DNA from: Dipteris shenzhenensis
Lineage: Eukaryota
Strand: one strand, 5' to 3'
DNA length: 64,000 bases
Assembly (NCBI GenBank): GCA_047967505.1
Contig: CM106538.1
Part shown: positions 1 to 11,537 of the stretch, piece after piece
How the letters are laid out: the number at the start of each line of letters is the position of its first letter
Numbering within the stretch: the stretch's first letter is position 1
Notes under the pieces: model-generated
The model's database searches: none
Seen by the model: the letters and a program-made list of their open reading frames with translations, nothing else
Told to the model about the DNA's origin: nothing
Made by a program: the position numbers and the translations under genes

Positions 1-49
1 TTTATTTTTTGCACCAAAAGAATCTTCATCTTGATCCATTGGGACTAGT

Positions 50-1130
50 TTTGTACCTAGCATTCGACTATGCTTATAATAAAAAGAAAAAATAAAATTT
101 TGTGATGCAACCATGTACTTCAGTTGCACAGAAGGTTGGACAACCTTACAAAACACTGAACTACATGTCTTCTTATCCCAACCTTTATCCAAAAATTGTG
201 GCATGCATGCCGAACTTGTTGCTTTAACTGTGAACATTGTTTTTGAAACCTTCACTGGAAAGGTATTAAACAAGTCCACAAAAACTGTGAGAGGCATGCA
301 TAAAGAAATTTTTATTATCCTTGTGGCAATATTGGGCCTCAGAGCTTTCTGTACTTCTTTGAAAAGCTTGGCCCTATATGCCTCTGTAACACTAAAATGT
401 GGGTGAGACCAATCCATTGAATTCCATGCCAGAAGATCTTGTTTCCTTAACACACCATGTGTGTTAGCATTGTCCCAGCAACTGATAAAAATGATCAGTA
501 AAAAATATACCTGATTGAGCTAGCTCTGTTGCACATCAACCTTGGTATTGTTGTTCTCCTATCAATCCATGCAAAACATCTATAAATCCCAGAATACAAT
601 TGATGTTTTGCCATGTCTCATACGATGAAGGGTATAAATCTAAAATAAAACAACACAAGAATGTCAATAAGCAAAGAAAGAAAGCTTCATCTTAAAAATC
701 CATACACCTCGTAAAGAAAAAAACCACAATAGAAAAATATACAATTAGGCCTGTGCTGCGGAAGATCATTTGGATAGTCTCACAAGACAAGTTCTTTATG
801 CATGTACACATGCTGAATCAAAACTTCTTTCACCGATATCTTCCCTCTGGTGATTTTAAAATCTTGTACTCTTCCCTTCCATGATGCCAAGAAAATGTTT
901 TTTGTCTGGGGTCTTTTTCTTTTGCTAGGTTGCATGAGCACCCATGCTCCTTTTGAAACACTAAACCTTTCCCAAGTTCCTTCTGTTTTGACTGTACTTG
1001 AATTCTCTACCGAAGAAATAGAAGAAGCAGGTCGACGGGGTAAGGATGTGTGGTATAATTCTGACTTCATAGCATTATCATCCACAGAGCGTCTTCCACA
1101 AGAACGGCCATGGTTTTTATTCACCATGGA
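50..1130 (-). pseudogene. Degenerate intron-containing gene with a BAH-like (bromo-adjacent homology) domain
   Basis: Minus-strand translation: GAWVLMQP...WKGRVQDF...VLIQHVYMHKELVL*DYPNDLPQHRPN, then a GT..AG intron (~741-640), then LYPSSYETWQNINCILGFIDVLH...IFFTDHFY. This follows the BAH beta-strand pattern. A further coding-like stretch runs ~480-60. In-frame stops present. Confidence 0.5.
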
Positions 1131-1861
1131 GACCTTGTGAATCTGTAACAATAGCAAAGTAATGTAAACAAGATAACAAATTGAAGTTTTAAGAAAGAGA
1201 AAGTAGGCAGACAGACAGTTGACAAGAAACATCTTACTCTATGCCAAACAAGATCAAGGGAGCAGTTTTGGAAAAGAAGATGCTACTGCACAATGAGGTA
1301 GTGGTGTAGAATGGTAGACCTTTCGAAGGAAAGGCAGCACAACATTTCAAAGTTCAAAGGAAGGTGGAAGCAGGAAGGCCCTTGTCAGATAAAATGTCAG
1401 ACTAGATTCTATCTTCATGTCCAAAGATCTTGTGAGAATAAAAAACCAATCTCCACATTAATGTAGCACGCTTGTACCTACATAAAGTATTGTTTCTTTT
1501 TTCTATTTTCTCTTATTTTCGTGAATTTTCAATGTTATGTTGGCCCTCTATTGATTGGTTGAGAGCTTATTTTTCCAAACCGTAAAAGGCCCCAAAATGA
1601 GCTTCCTTTCTTCCTAATGATAACATGTCACGCCATTTTTTCTAATTTGATTTTTAAAAATCTTACTTTTGGTCTCTTTTAACAATGTGATGTCCTCTTT
1701 TTTTAATGTAATCTAGTTTTAATAACATGTCACGTCATATTTTCTAATTTGATTTTTTTAAGTCTTACTTTTTGACTCAAAGTTTTGTTTTATAGGAGCC
1801 TCTTTTTTTAAAATGCTTTATCCAAAATTATCTCATAAAACGAATTTGGATAGTTCACCAA

Positions 1862-1885
1862 TCCAAAATTAATGAAATAGGTGTT
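1862..1885 (-). mobile_element. Putative transposon terminus (TIR), same motif as 38565-38588 and 45098-45121
   Basis: TCCAAAATTAATGAAATAGGTGTT matches TCCAAAATTAATGAAATAAGTGTT (38565) at 23/24 positions. Sequence character changes abruptly after it. Confidence 0.7.
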
Positions 1886-2495
1886 CTAACAAGGCACAAA
1901 TAAGTACTAACAAGTACTAATTAGCACCAACAAGTATTAATAAGTACTAATTAGCAGGTTACTGAACTAACAGGCACTAACAAGCACTAATTAGCACCAA
2001 CAAGTATTAACAGGTACTAATTAGCAAGTTAATGAACTAATAGGAACTAACAAGCACTATGTGATAATAAGTGAAAGTAACATGAAATATGTAGCACAAA
2101 CAAGCTCTACCAGGCACCAACAACTTATACGTGGCATTAGCAAGTACTAACAAGCACTAATAAACACTATTAAGCAATAATGGGAACTACAGTGTTGCAC
2201 AATAAACAAGCAGTACTTGAAGCACTAATTAGTACTATCAAGCACACTATCATAGTAACTAGACTAAGCACAACAAGAAATTATTAGCACTAACACGCAA
2301 TGTCTCCTACTAAGTAGCAGTAGCAAGTAGGAATATGCAATAACTAGCATACTTAGCAAGTGCTCTATCAAAATAAGTACCACTAACAAGCAAATGTGGC
2401 ATTAACAAGTAGTATGTCATATGAAGTAGAATGAACAAGCAATATGTAAGTTTAAGAAGCAATATATGGCACCACCAAGCACTATCAACTAGGTG
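1886..2495. repeat. Degenerate short-period tandem repeat (AACAAGCACT/AGTACTAA-type units)
   Basis: Recurrent aacaagtactaa, ttagcaccaacaagtattaa and aagcactaa motifs. Confidence 0.75.
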
Positions 2496-2529
2496 GATCA
2501 AGATGATAAGGATCTTGATACAACACTCA

Positions 2530-3300
2530 CCTGGGGAATATTAAGAAGATGAATAGGGTGTTTTATATAAGACTTTCTCCCTATCCGTTTGTGGCATACA
2601 TCCTTCTTATTGGTGGGTGATATGCGAGTTTGCATTGACCAAAAGGAGAACACCAAGTCCTTCACTTCCACGGTGATGATGCTACTATGTGCTTGCCATA
2701 TGTGCTTGCCATCGGCAAGTGGACAAGGGGAGATTTTCATCCTCCTTTATAAGGATTCTAGATTTGGCTGCATAAAAAATCCTCCTATGAATGTTTAAAC
2801 TCTTAAGTTGCTGTAATGTTTAGATTGGTAGCCCCTTCTATCCCATCATTCACTAACATCATCAACTAGACCTTTTGATTCATCTGATGAATTTGGTCGC
2901 TTCACCATTTCGAGGGTATTGCGAACATCACATAGGAGAGCTGCTTGAACAATAGATTCATCTCTTATTTCTTGTAGATGAGCTACTCTCAGGGTAGGAG
3001 ATGCCTGTAATCTATTCAATATGTCTCTCTTTGCTTCACTTTCCATTCCAGTTTTTTGTTGAGCAAAAAACATTGCCACGTCGTGACAAACTTTTTTCCT
3101 CTTTCTTTCATTAGTAGTGAGATTGAGTCTTGCTTTGTTACATTGTCCTCTTTTTCTTCTTGCTTCATATTCCCTTATAACTGTGCATTGGTCTCAAGCA
3201 CAATGGGTGCATGTTGAGGATGTAGGGATGAAGCATCTGCACAAATCATTGTGGCTTCTTGAAATCAAATTCAAGACATGGCTTTACGTGCCCTCCATGT
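2530..3300 (-). pseudogene. N-terminal fragment of an HGKG-type DDD transposase
   Basis: FWSMQTRISPTNKKDVCHKRIGRKSYIKHPIHLLNIPQ ends at a splice donor (CAG|GTGAG, ~2530). I recognise this motif as the N-terminal part of the family seen at 19.4-20.8 kb. Confidence 0.55.
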
Positions 3301-3661
3301 TAAAGAAAGTATGTTTGAACAATCCAACACAACAACATCTGAGCAATAGGATCACTGAATAGATCTTATAATAATGTGTGTACAAAGAAATAAAACAACT
3401 AAAGAGCATGAGAGAGAGAGTGCGTGTAGGCTACAATTGCTTGAGCTAAACCTACAACCATGTTTCTTGTCTTCAGACAGTTGGTCGAGCAGAGAGCATT
3501 ACCAAAATTGCAAAATCAACACAAACAATAGTGTGTCTTCCATGAACGTAAACAAACCAACATTGTGGAAGGAATTTATTAGAACTGTTTGAATCGATAT
3601 CAGAGAATTTACGGGCAGGTTGGACACAAGATGAGCAACAAACTCACCAAAATTGATACAC

Positions 3662-3675
3662 AGAGAGAGAGAGAA

Positions 3676-3740
<65 letters not shown>
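3662..3740 (+). repeat. (GA)n microsatellite
   Basis: Near-perfect AG run. Confidence 0.97.
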
Positions 3741-3742
<2 letters not shown>

Positions 3743-3894
3743 CAAAGCACCTTCCTCTTGCATAGGGTGAAAGACAAACAAATAGAATGATGCAAGGAGG
3801 GAGAACGAGAGAGATAGAGAGAGAGTGATAGAGACAGAGACAGAGAGGAGGTTGTGGGGGGGTCAGAAGAATGTCATCTACACGACATGTAATA

Positions 3895-6800
3895 CATTGA
3901 ATCCAATTCAAGGGACTAGCATTATCCCTATGAACAATTTCACTTGTAGAAAAGGATTGCTGAACGATGTACTCTATGTTCCAAATCTCAACAAGAACCT
4001 CTTTTAGTAGGTCAAATGATGGAACACAACTATCGAGTCATCTTCGAATGCACTATTAGAGAAAAAATTCGAGGATTTCAACTAGTGGGAAGAGGAGTAA
4101 AGGAAGGACGCTTGTTCAAAATGCTAGCTATAGTACGAGATTTGCATGCCATGTTAGCTCAACTGCAATAGATGCCACTATCCACAAAATGGCACAAGAG
4201 ATATGGTCATATCAATTTTAAGAGCTTGATAGATCGTAGGAATCATAATATGGAAGCTCTATGGAAAATGGGATTCCTAAGCTACAATTTCATGGAAAAG
4301 TTTGCAAAGCATGCTACTTCAGCAAACAAAAGCAAACTAACTCTAGTAGAAGCACCTCTTGAGCAAGAGGTATTCTTGATCTGATACACACAGTGTATGG
4401 GGTTATGCCCAGACCTGCAGCATCGATGGTTCACTTTACTACTTGACTTTCATCGATGACTACAACAGATATTGTTGGGTCTACTTTCTAAAAGAGAAAT
4501 CTGAAGTCTTTTCCAATCTTCAAGAATTCAAAGCCATGGTAGAAAACCATACAATAGAAAGATCAAAGTCATGAGATCAGATAGAGGAGGTGGATACATG
4601 TCTTCAAAATTCATGAATTTTTACAAAAGTCATGACATTCAAAGATAATTCAATTTTGCAGATACTCCTTAGTAGAATGCAAGATCTGAAAGAAAGTTTG
4701 GTACTTTAGCAGACAGTGGCAATGCTTAGTAAGAAGCATCTTTCAAATTAGTATTGGGAAGAAGCAATAGCCACTACAAACTACTTGGTTAATAGGATTC
4801 CGATCAAAATGATTCAAGGTATGACACCTTATGAAGCATTCACTAGACACAAGCCACACATTGGGCATCTTCGCATATTTGGTTGCATAGCATATGCCCA
4901 CATACATGATAATCATTGTAGAGAATTGGATTCAAAGTCACGCAAATGCATCAAGATTGGCTATAGTGAAGAAAGCAAATCATACAAGTTGTATGATCCC
5001 ATCAGTTGCAAGGTCATTATCTCTAGACATGTAATCTTTGATGAGGAATCTGAATGGAAAACCTCAAACACACAGGAGATAGACGCACTGATTTCACAGT
5101 CATCTATAGAAAAAGATGATAAAGAAGGCCAAGAATTGCTAGAAGCACCCCGAGAAGAAACACAGCAACTCAGACGGTCTACCAGGGAAAGCAGACCATG
5201 GTTGAGATTGACATATGCTAAAAAAGGCAAAGCAATTCACGTTGAAACCACCAACTATGCTCTTATGACTACCATCGTGGCTACAGAAGAGCTAGTGTAC
5301 TTTGAAGATGCAGTTGACAAGCCAGAATGGCAAACTGTCTATGAATGAAGAAATGGATGCTTTGTACAAGAATAATACTTAGGAATTATGTGACCTTCCA
5401 CCATGAAAGAAGGCCATAGCAAACAAATGGGTAAACAAAGTGAAGTACAATCCATATGGAAGCATTCAAAGATACAAAGCCAAACTAGTTGCAAAAGGAT
5501 TTGCACAGGAATATGGTCAAGATTATGATGAGACTTATGCTCTAGTAGCAAAGATGGATTCCATATGGTTCTTGATATCACTAGTGACACTCAGTAGATG
5601 GAATGTGTACTAGATCGATGCCAAGAATGCATTTCTCAATGTTTACTTAGACGAGGAAGTCTACGTGCAACAACAAGCAAGTTATGTTAAACCAGGAAAG
5701 GAGAACCAGGTTTACCATCTCAAGAAAAGCCTCTATGGCTTAAAGCAAGAACCCAAAAGTTGGTACATAGAATTTGACAAATATTTTGTTGATTTGGGAT
5801 ACATGAAGTCCAATGCAGATCATACTCTCTACTACAAAGTTCAAGGGAAAGACATTACTATTGCACTTTTGTATGTACTAGATGATCTGAGTGGGACAGG
5901 AAGCAAGGATAGCTTCATCAAAAAGTTTGAATAAGACTTATTTACAGAGTTTGACATGAAAGATCTTGGACTTATGCACTATTGTCTTGGAATTGAGTTT
6001 TGGAGTGATTCAAACAACACCTTTATGAGTCAACTCAAATATGTTAACAGTCTTCTGAAGAAGTTTCATATGGTAGATTGCAATATTGCAGCCACTCCCA
6101 TGGAACAAATTTTGAAACTTACAAAAGATTTAGAAAAGTCTACAGTCAATGAAAGGTACTATAGGCAACTCATTGGATCTCTTATATATCTGACTATCAC
6201 ATGGCTAGATATTTATTATGTAGTAAGTTCACTTGCATAGTTTATGGCAAATCCAAAACATGATCGTTGGAATCCAACCAAAAGAGTCTTTAGATACATC
6301 AGAGGTACAAGATAGTTTAGAATAAAATAGATGAAGTCATCCAAGGTTGCATGGATACTCTGACAGTGACTATGCTAGAGATCATGAGACCAGGAGATAG
6401 ACACAGGGATATGCATTTTTCCTTGGTCAAGGTGCTACATCATGGTTGTCAAACAAGTAGCCAACTATTTCTTTGTCTTCAACTGAAGCCGAATATAGGA
6501 CACTCACTATAGGTGCATGTGAGGCTATATGTATGGCTTAGAAGACTCACATGCACCTATGATAAATCAATGCCAATAACAATATACTGTGATAATCAAT
6601 TGGCTCAAGCATTGGCCAAGAATCCACTATATCACTCTAGGACAAATGCACATTGATATCAGAGAGCACTTCATAGGACAAATGCACATTGATATCAGAG
6701 AGCACTTCATCAGAGAAAGAGTGTTACTTGGTGACATCACACTACAGCATTGTGATAGAAAAGAGAATGTTGTAGACATGTTTACCAAACCACTTGGTAA

Positions 6801-7253
6801 AGAGATTTTTGAGAAACACCAATAGGCTCTTGGTTTGACGCAGAGGAAGGACATTTCCATTAAAGCGGTGTGATGGAATGTAATGTTCAGTCCTTCTTCG
6901 ACTCCCCAAACTCATCATCTTGAGGGAAGGCCTACTTCATGATGTTATCTTGAGGGAAAGTGTTAAGAGACCATGCTCAACATCATGTGATTACATGTGC
7001 ATAGCACTAACACTTATAGAGTGCTATAAAGGAAATGGTTAAATGCCCTAACCCTAACCCTAAAAGGGTTTGCATATATTCTACATTTTCAACTAAATCT
7101 ATTGTACAATTAGTCATTTGTGGTGTGCTCTCTAGTTGTGCCCTCTCTCCTCATCTCCACTCTTCTCCTCTCCCCTCTTCATATTTTGTTAGATAGTAGC
7201 TAAAGCAAAGAAAGAACCTGAAGTTTGACACTTTAGTATCCTACAACATAACA
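3895..7253 (+). mobile_element. Ty1/Copia LTR retrotransposon, 5'-truncated and degenerate (end of protease, GAG-pre-integrase, integrase, RT, RNase H, PPT, 3' LTR)
   Basis: Motifs in Copia order: LNDVLYVPNLNKNL, WHKRYGH, FIDDY..WVYFLKEKS, RSD.GG, HLRIFGCIAY, KLVAKGF, LKKSLYGLKQ, YVLDDL, MKDLG, DSDYA, LSSTEAEY, HIDIREHFIRE, DMFTKPL. Many frameshifts and stops. No gag or 5' LTR seen. Confidence 0.96.
6961..7253 (+). repeat. Putative 3' LTR of the Copia element
   Basis: PPT-like TGAGGGAAAG (6951-6960), then TGTTA...; ends at CAACA (7248) or TAACA (7253). Contains CCCTAACCCTAACCCTAAAA and a CT-rich tract. Confidence 0.65.
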
Positions 7254-9559
7254 CAGTGTTTGGACCTGAAGTACTTGCAAAAAAAGTAGGAGAATGTTTT
7301 GAGGCCAATATTCTTGATCAGTCTATTAAAGACAAAGGTGATAAAAAATTTGAGCTCATCACCAAAAACAATAGCCTTGGGATTGATTTGAACTTTTACA
7401 AAGAATATCTAATGTAAAGCGTTCATGTCTACAATTTTTTGACAAATCAAAAACCCTATCCACCAAAAGTGCCAGGTGTTAAGGGTTAGCTAGGTAGCTA
7501 TAACTAGCTCTAGTCTTAAGTAGTACTCTTAGGTGCTAGTTGTCATAGTCATTATACTTAAATAGGTATTCGGTTATGTGCATGTAACTACTATGCTCGT
7601 GCTATATGAATCTCAGTAGTCTGATGAGATTTTGAGATTGATCAGATTGCCATGATGCTATGTTTAGAAGTTCTATTCTGATCTTTTAATATGATATGAT
7701 AATGGTGAATACAAGGAGATACTTTTTGATATATATCTACTAGTTCTAATGCACTATTGAGTCATTATCTATTCTGACATCTATCTAATGTAGTCTTGAC
7801 TCCGTGTCTAAATACTTGGTGGGAAGTGTTTTTCTGAAGTCTAATATAGAAATATAACCACCTTGAACATGCCTCATGAAACTATTAGGGAAGAGAAGGT
7901 GGAAGCTATCCAAAAAACGCATGGAGAGATTGGTGATTAAAATCCACCCAACAAAAGGTAAAGCTACGAGATCCAATTTTTGTATCTCCATTTAAAGGAA
8001 GGCAAAGCAAGGGGAGAAAAGTTGTGGATCTCCACCCAATAAGAAGGGAAAAAAGAGGTAGTAGGCCCAATGAGGTTGTTTGCTCAGTCATGGGTCACTT
8101 TTGGCATGTAACTTGAGACTTTAATTTGAATTACCACCTTGATTTTTGTTTGTTTTATGTTTTACGATGTATCAAAGTTCAATCATGATACCTATATGAT
8201 GATTGATAATAATTGAATTTCTCATTTTCATTTTTTGTGTTCATTTAGGTTGTGGCCAATTGTGTTTTACCCTAGCCTAGCCTTTTTGTTGTTTGGATTT
8301 TGGAATTTTAAGGATTCAATTTTGAGATATAACTTATAGCCTATAGACTAGAGTCCATTGTCTCCATATAATAATATTTAATGTACAACACTATTTTGTA
8401 ACTTTACTTCTTATATCTTAATACTACAATGCCCTTAAAAGTGGATTCTTCCTTTCTTAATAAGGGTAAGAGAGAAATGAACATTCAAAAAAAGAAAAGA
8501 GGAGCCACATGGGAAAATATTTCTTGCAGTGCCCTTCAAAAATTGAATAAATATTAACTAAAAGGATGACACTTCAAAATGAGATTCCAGGCTACCCTTT
8601 CAAATTTAAGGCTTGACAAGACTCACTTGAGTGTAGAGCTTTGATGATGGACTTGGTCTTCTCTTATAGCCTAGGACATTTAATTGTGATGGCACTTTTA
8701 CACAAGCATGGGGTAGCTTCCATGACTATTTTGTGACTTACTATGGAGTTAGATAGATGACATCCAGCCTAGTGGTTCTAGGTTCCACAATTGAATTGTT
8801 CTCAAGTTTCAATTTGTAGAAAAACTCCCTTTAATATGCAACCATATTTCCACTTTGCCTAAAGCTACCTTAGCCCAATCTAAATCTTATGCATTTTGTC
8901 TGGCTTTTCGCTCTAGCCATCCTTTCACAACTTGTCTTCATTGCCACATTTCTCAATTAGTAATTCATTTTGCATATCACAAAACTGTTTGGTAAGGCCA
9001 TCCTTTTCTATTGTCAAATTGTTAAAAGTTGATGTCATGGACTTGAGCTCCTCTTTGCACTCCTCTCATCCATTTCAATGAGTGTGTCTTTTAGTTGTTG
9101 TGCTTCATGATCCTAATGCACTACTTTGCTTCTTGTCTTCTGTGCCTCTCATCCATAGCCAAAGTTTTAGCTTTCTTTGCCTTTTCCTCAGTTTTCGTGG
9201 TTGGTATCTATGCTTGTGATTCCCTTGTGTGGATTCAATGCGGGCGGCCATCACATTTATGCTATATAAAGAACACGGTCAAAAACACAATGGATGTAGA
9301 AGTCATCCTTTGCAGAGAACAGAAGCAAATTCATGGCCACGGTAATGTAGTGTGCATTGCTGAAAATACAATGGACCTCAATACTTCAGTAACAATAGGT
9401 AATGAGTATGAACATGCTCTAGTAATAGGTACCACTACTCAAATGGATGCAACTAGGGATGCTACTAATTTAAGAGCACGAAGTTGCATTGTTCACAACA
9501 GGGGTGTGGTTTTGGGTGCCTCTCTATCTTGCATACATTTCTGTTAAGGGATAATGTAG

Positions 9560-11537
9560 AGCACCCATCTTTGTATCCACTAGTCTTCAATGCTCCTTCT
9601 CTTCATGCACTAGGATCCATGGATCATACATGCAAAATTTTCCAGTCTCAATTGTGGAAACAAGAGATGTGAATGTGTAAGCATCAGCTTGTGGGAAAGC
9701 AATGTTGCAAAGTTGGTCATGTGTCATTGTTGCCCTTAGAAGAACCGCAAGAGATTTTGAGAGTTCTACTGCATGAACATGATGCTAGAAGTAAACTATT
9801 TAAGAAAAAAACTAGGGCTTATAATAGTGTCATGGAATTTGTTTCATTGGAGGCCATGTTGATCAAATGTTCCGTGGGAATGGGGTATATAGAACTTTTG
9901 TGTCCATGGTCATGTGTATCACCGGGTTGGAAATTTGTTGCCTGAGGCTAGGCAAGAGATGCCACATTTTGCACAGTTGTATGTGTATGACACTGATCAT
10001 GAACTAGAACACCGTTTGCATGGGATGCCTCATTTGGATCCAGGAATTTTGGAGTTGTTGAAAGGATGATGTACGAGAGCAATCCATATGCCAATGCAAA
10101 GGTGGCTATCGGGCAAGTGCTGAAAACAAATCCACATACAAATTGGAGGATGGTTATTTGTGAGATCCACTCAACCTCAAGGAAATAGTTGGCTCCTATG
10201 GCTAGCGAGGTTGCTGCAATCATGCCAAGACAAGGGGATGACTTTGATATTGAAAATCGAGACATCAGATTTTTAGCTATAAGGGGTTTGTGTGTAAAAT
10301 ATCTAATTTGCACCTCTCATACATGCCTCTCATGTATGTTCTTTTGTTCCCTCGGGGGGAAGATGGTTGGCATCTATATATCCCATATAGTGATGTTACT
10401 AATCACACACCATTGCACAAGATACGTGGACAGAGTTGTGTCACCCAGAGATAGTACTACGCATACCGTTTGCAAGTGAGATACGATACAAATGCATGTC
10501 TTTTGCATGGGGGTAGATTGCTATAGCAGCAATACATGGTTGATGCCTACAGTAGCATGGAAGAGTCCAGGTTGGTGTGGATACAAAAAAACCAAGCTTC
10601 CCTACATGCTGAAGTCTATCAAGGGTTGATGGACATGGTGAATATAGCCGATGGGACACATACTATGTTGGGCAATGTTGTAGGGAGTAGGGTTGTGTTG
10701 CCGCCTTCTTTTATGAGAGGGCCTTGGTATATGTGCCAGCTATACCAAGATGCAATAGCAATTGTCAAGAAAAGGGCAAAACTAGATTTATTCATTACAT
10801 TCACTTGTAATTCAAAATGGCCTAAAATAACTGTAGCATTGTTGCTCGGACAAACTTTGCAAGACCGGCCAGATTCAATAGCCTATGTGTTTTATCAAAA
10901 GAATAAGGACATGATGTAGTCAATTGCAAAACATAATTTGTCTGGGAAGGTAGCTAGATACGTGGGTGCAATAGAGTTTGAAAAGAGAGGTTTGCCACAC
11001 TCACATTTGTGTGTCTATTGTAGATTTTGTATGTTAAGTTATGACTTTGTTTGCGGATGTGTATTTGGACATATCAATCGGTTCTTTGATGTAGCTATTG
11101 CATGTTCAGACATGTGACTCCATTTTCGGATGTAATATTTTGAAGTACTCTATCATAGAGAATTTTTTGTGGACGTGGCAGACGTGGAGTACATGGCCGC
11201 CATAAGCTTTTCCCTATAGTACATGGCTGCAGACTTTTCCCTTAGGGATGTTTGTGTGTCTATTGTAGATTTTGTATGTTCAGTTTATGACTTTGTTTGC
11301 GAATGTGTATTTGGACATATCAATCAGCTCTTTGATGTAGCTATTGCATGTTCAGACATGTGACTCCACTTTCGGATGTAATATTTTAAAGTACTCTATC
11401 ATAGAGAATTTTTTGGTTAGAGTATGTTGCCTGTATTGAATGTTTGTTCTATTATGTTGTTGGTTTAAGATATTTTAGCATCTTGAGACCCAGCAGAGTG
11501 GGTATCTAGCCCATCATAGATGGGCCAAGTTACTTGT
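9560..11537 (+). mobile_element. Helitron remnant (RepHel N-terminal and Rep domain, internally deleted) with candidate 3' hairpin end
   Basis: CCKVGHVSL, RAYNS, FAQLYVYDT, NPYA, QYMVDAY..EESRL, VLPPSFMRGPWYMCQLYQDAIAIV, DLFITFTCN, DRPD and IEFEKRGLPHSH (HUH motif, ~10970-11005). Helicase absent. Hairpins and CTAG at 11488-11537. Confidence 0.93.
11006..11415 (+). repeat. ~165-bp direct duplication
   Basis: ttgtgtgtctattgtagattttgtatgtt...catagagaatttttt occurs at ~11006-11170 and ~11252-11415. Confidence 0.92.

Noticed and set aside
7045-7070. CCCTAA repeats as a third telomeric array
   Set aside because: Only about three units inside the Copia LTR; telo-box-like motifs are common there.
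8500-9230. Minus-strand coiled-coil-like coding remnant
   Set aside because: Many stops and no recognisable motif.
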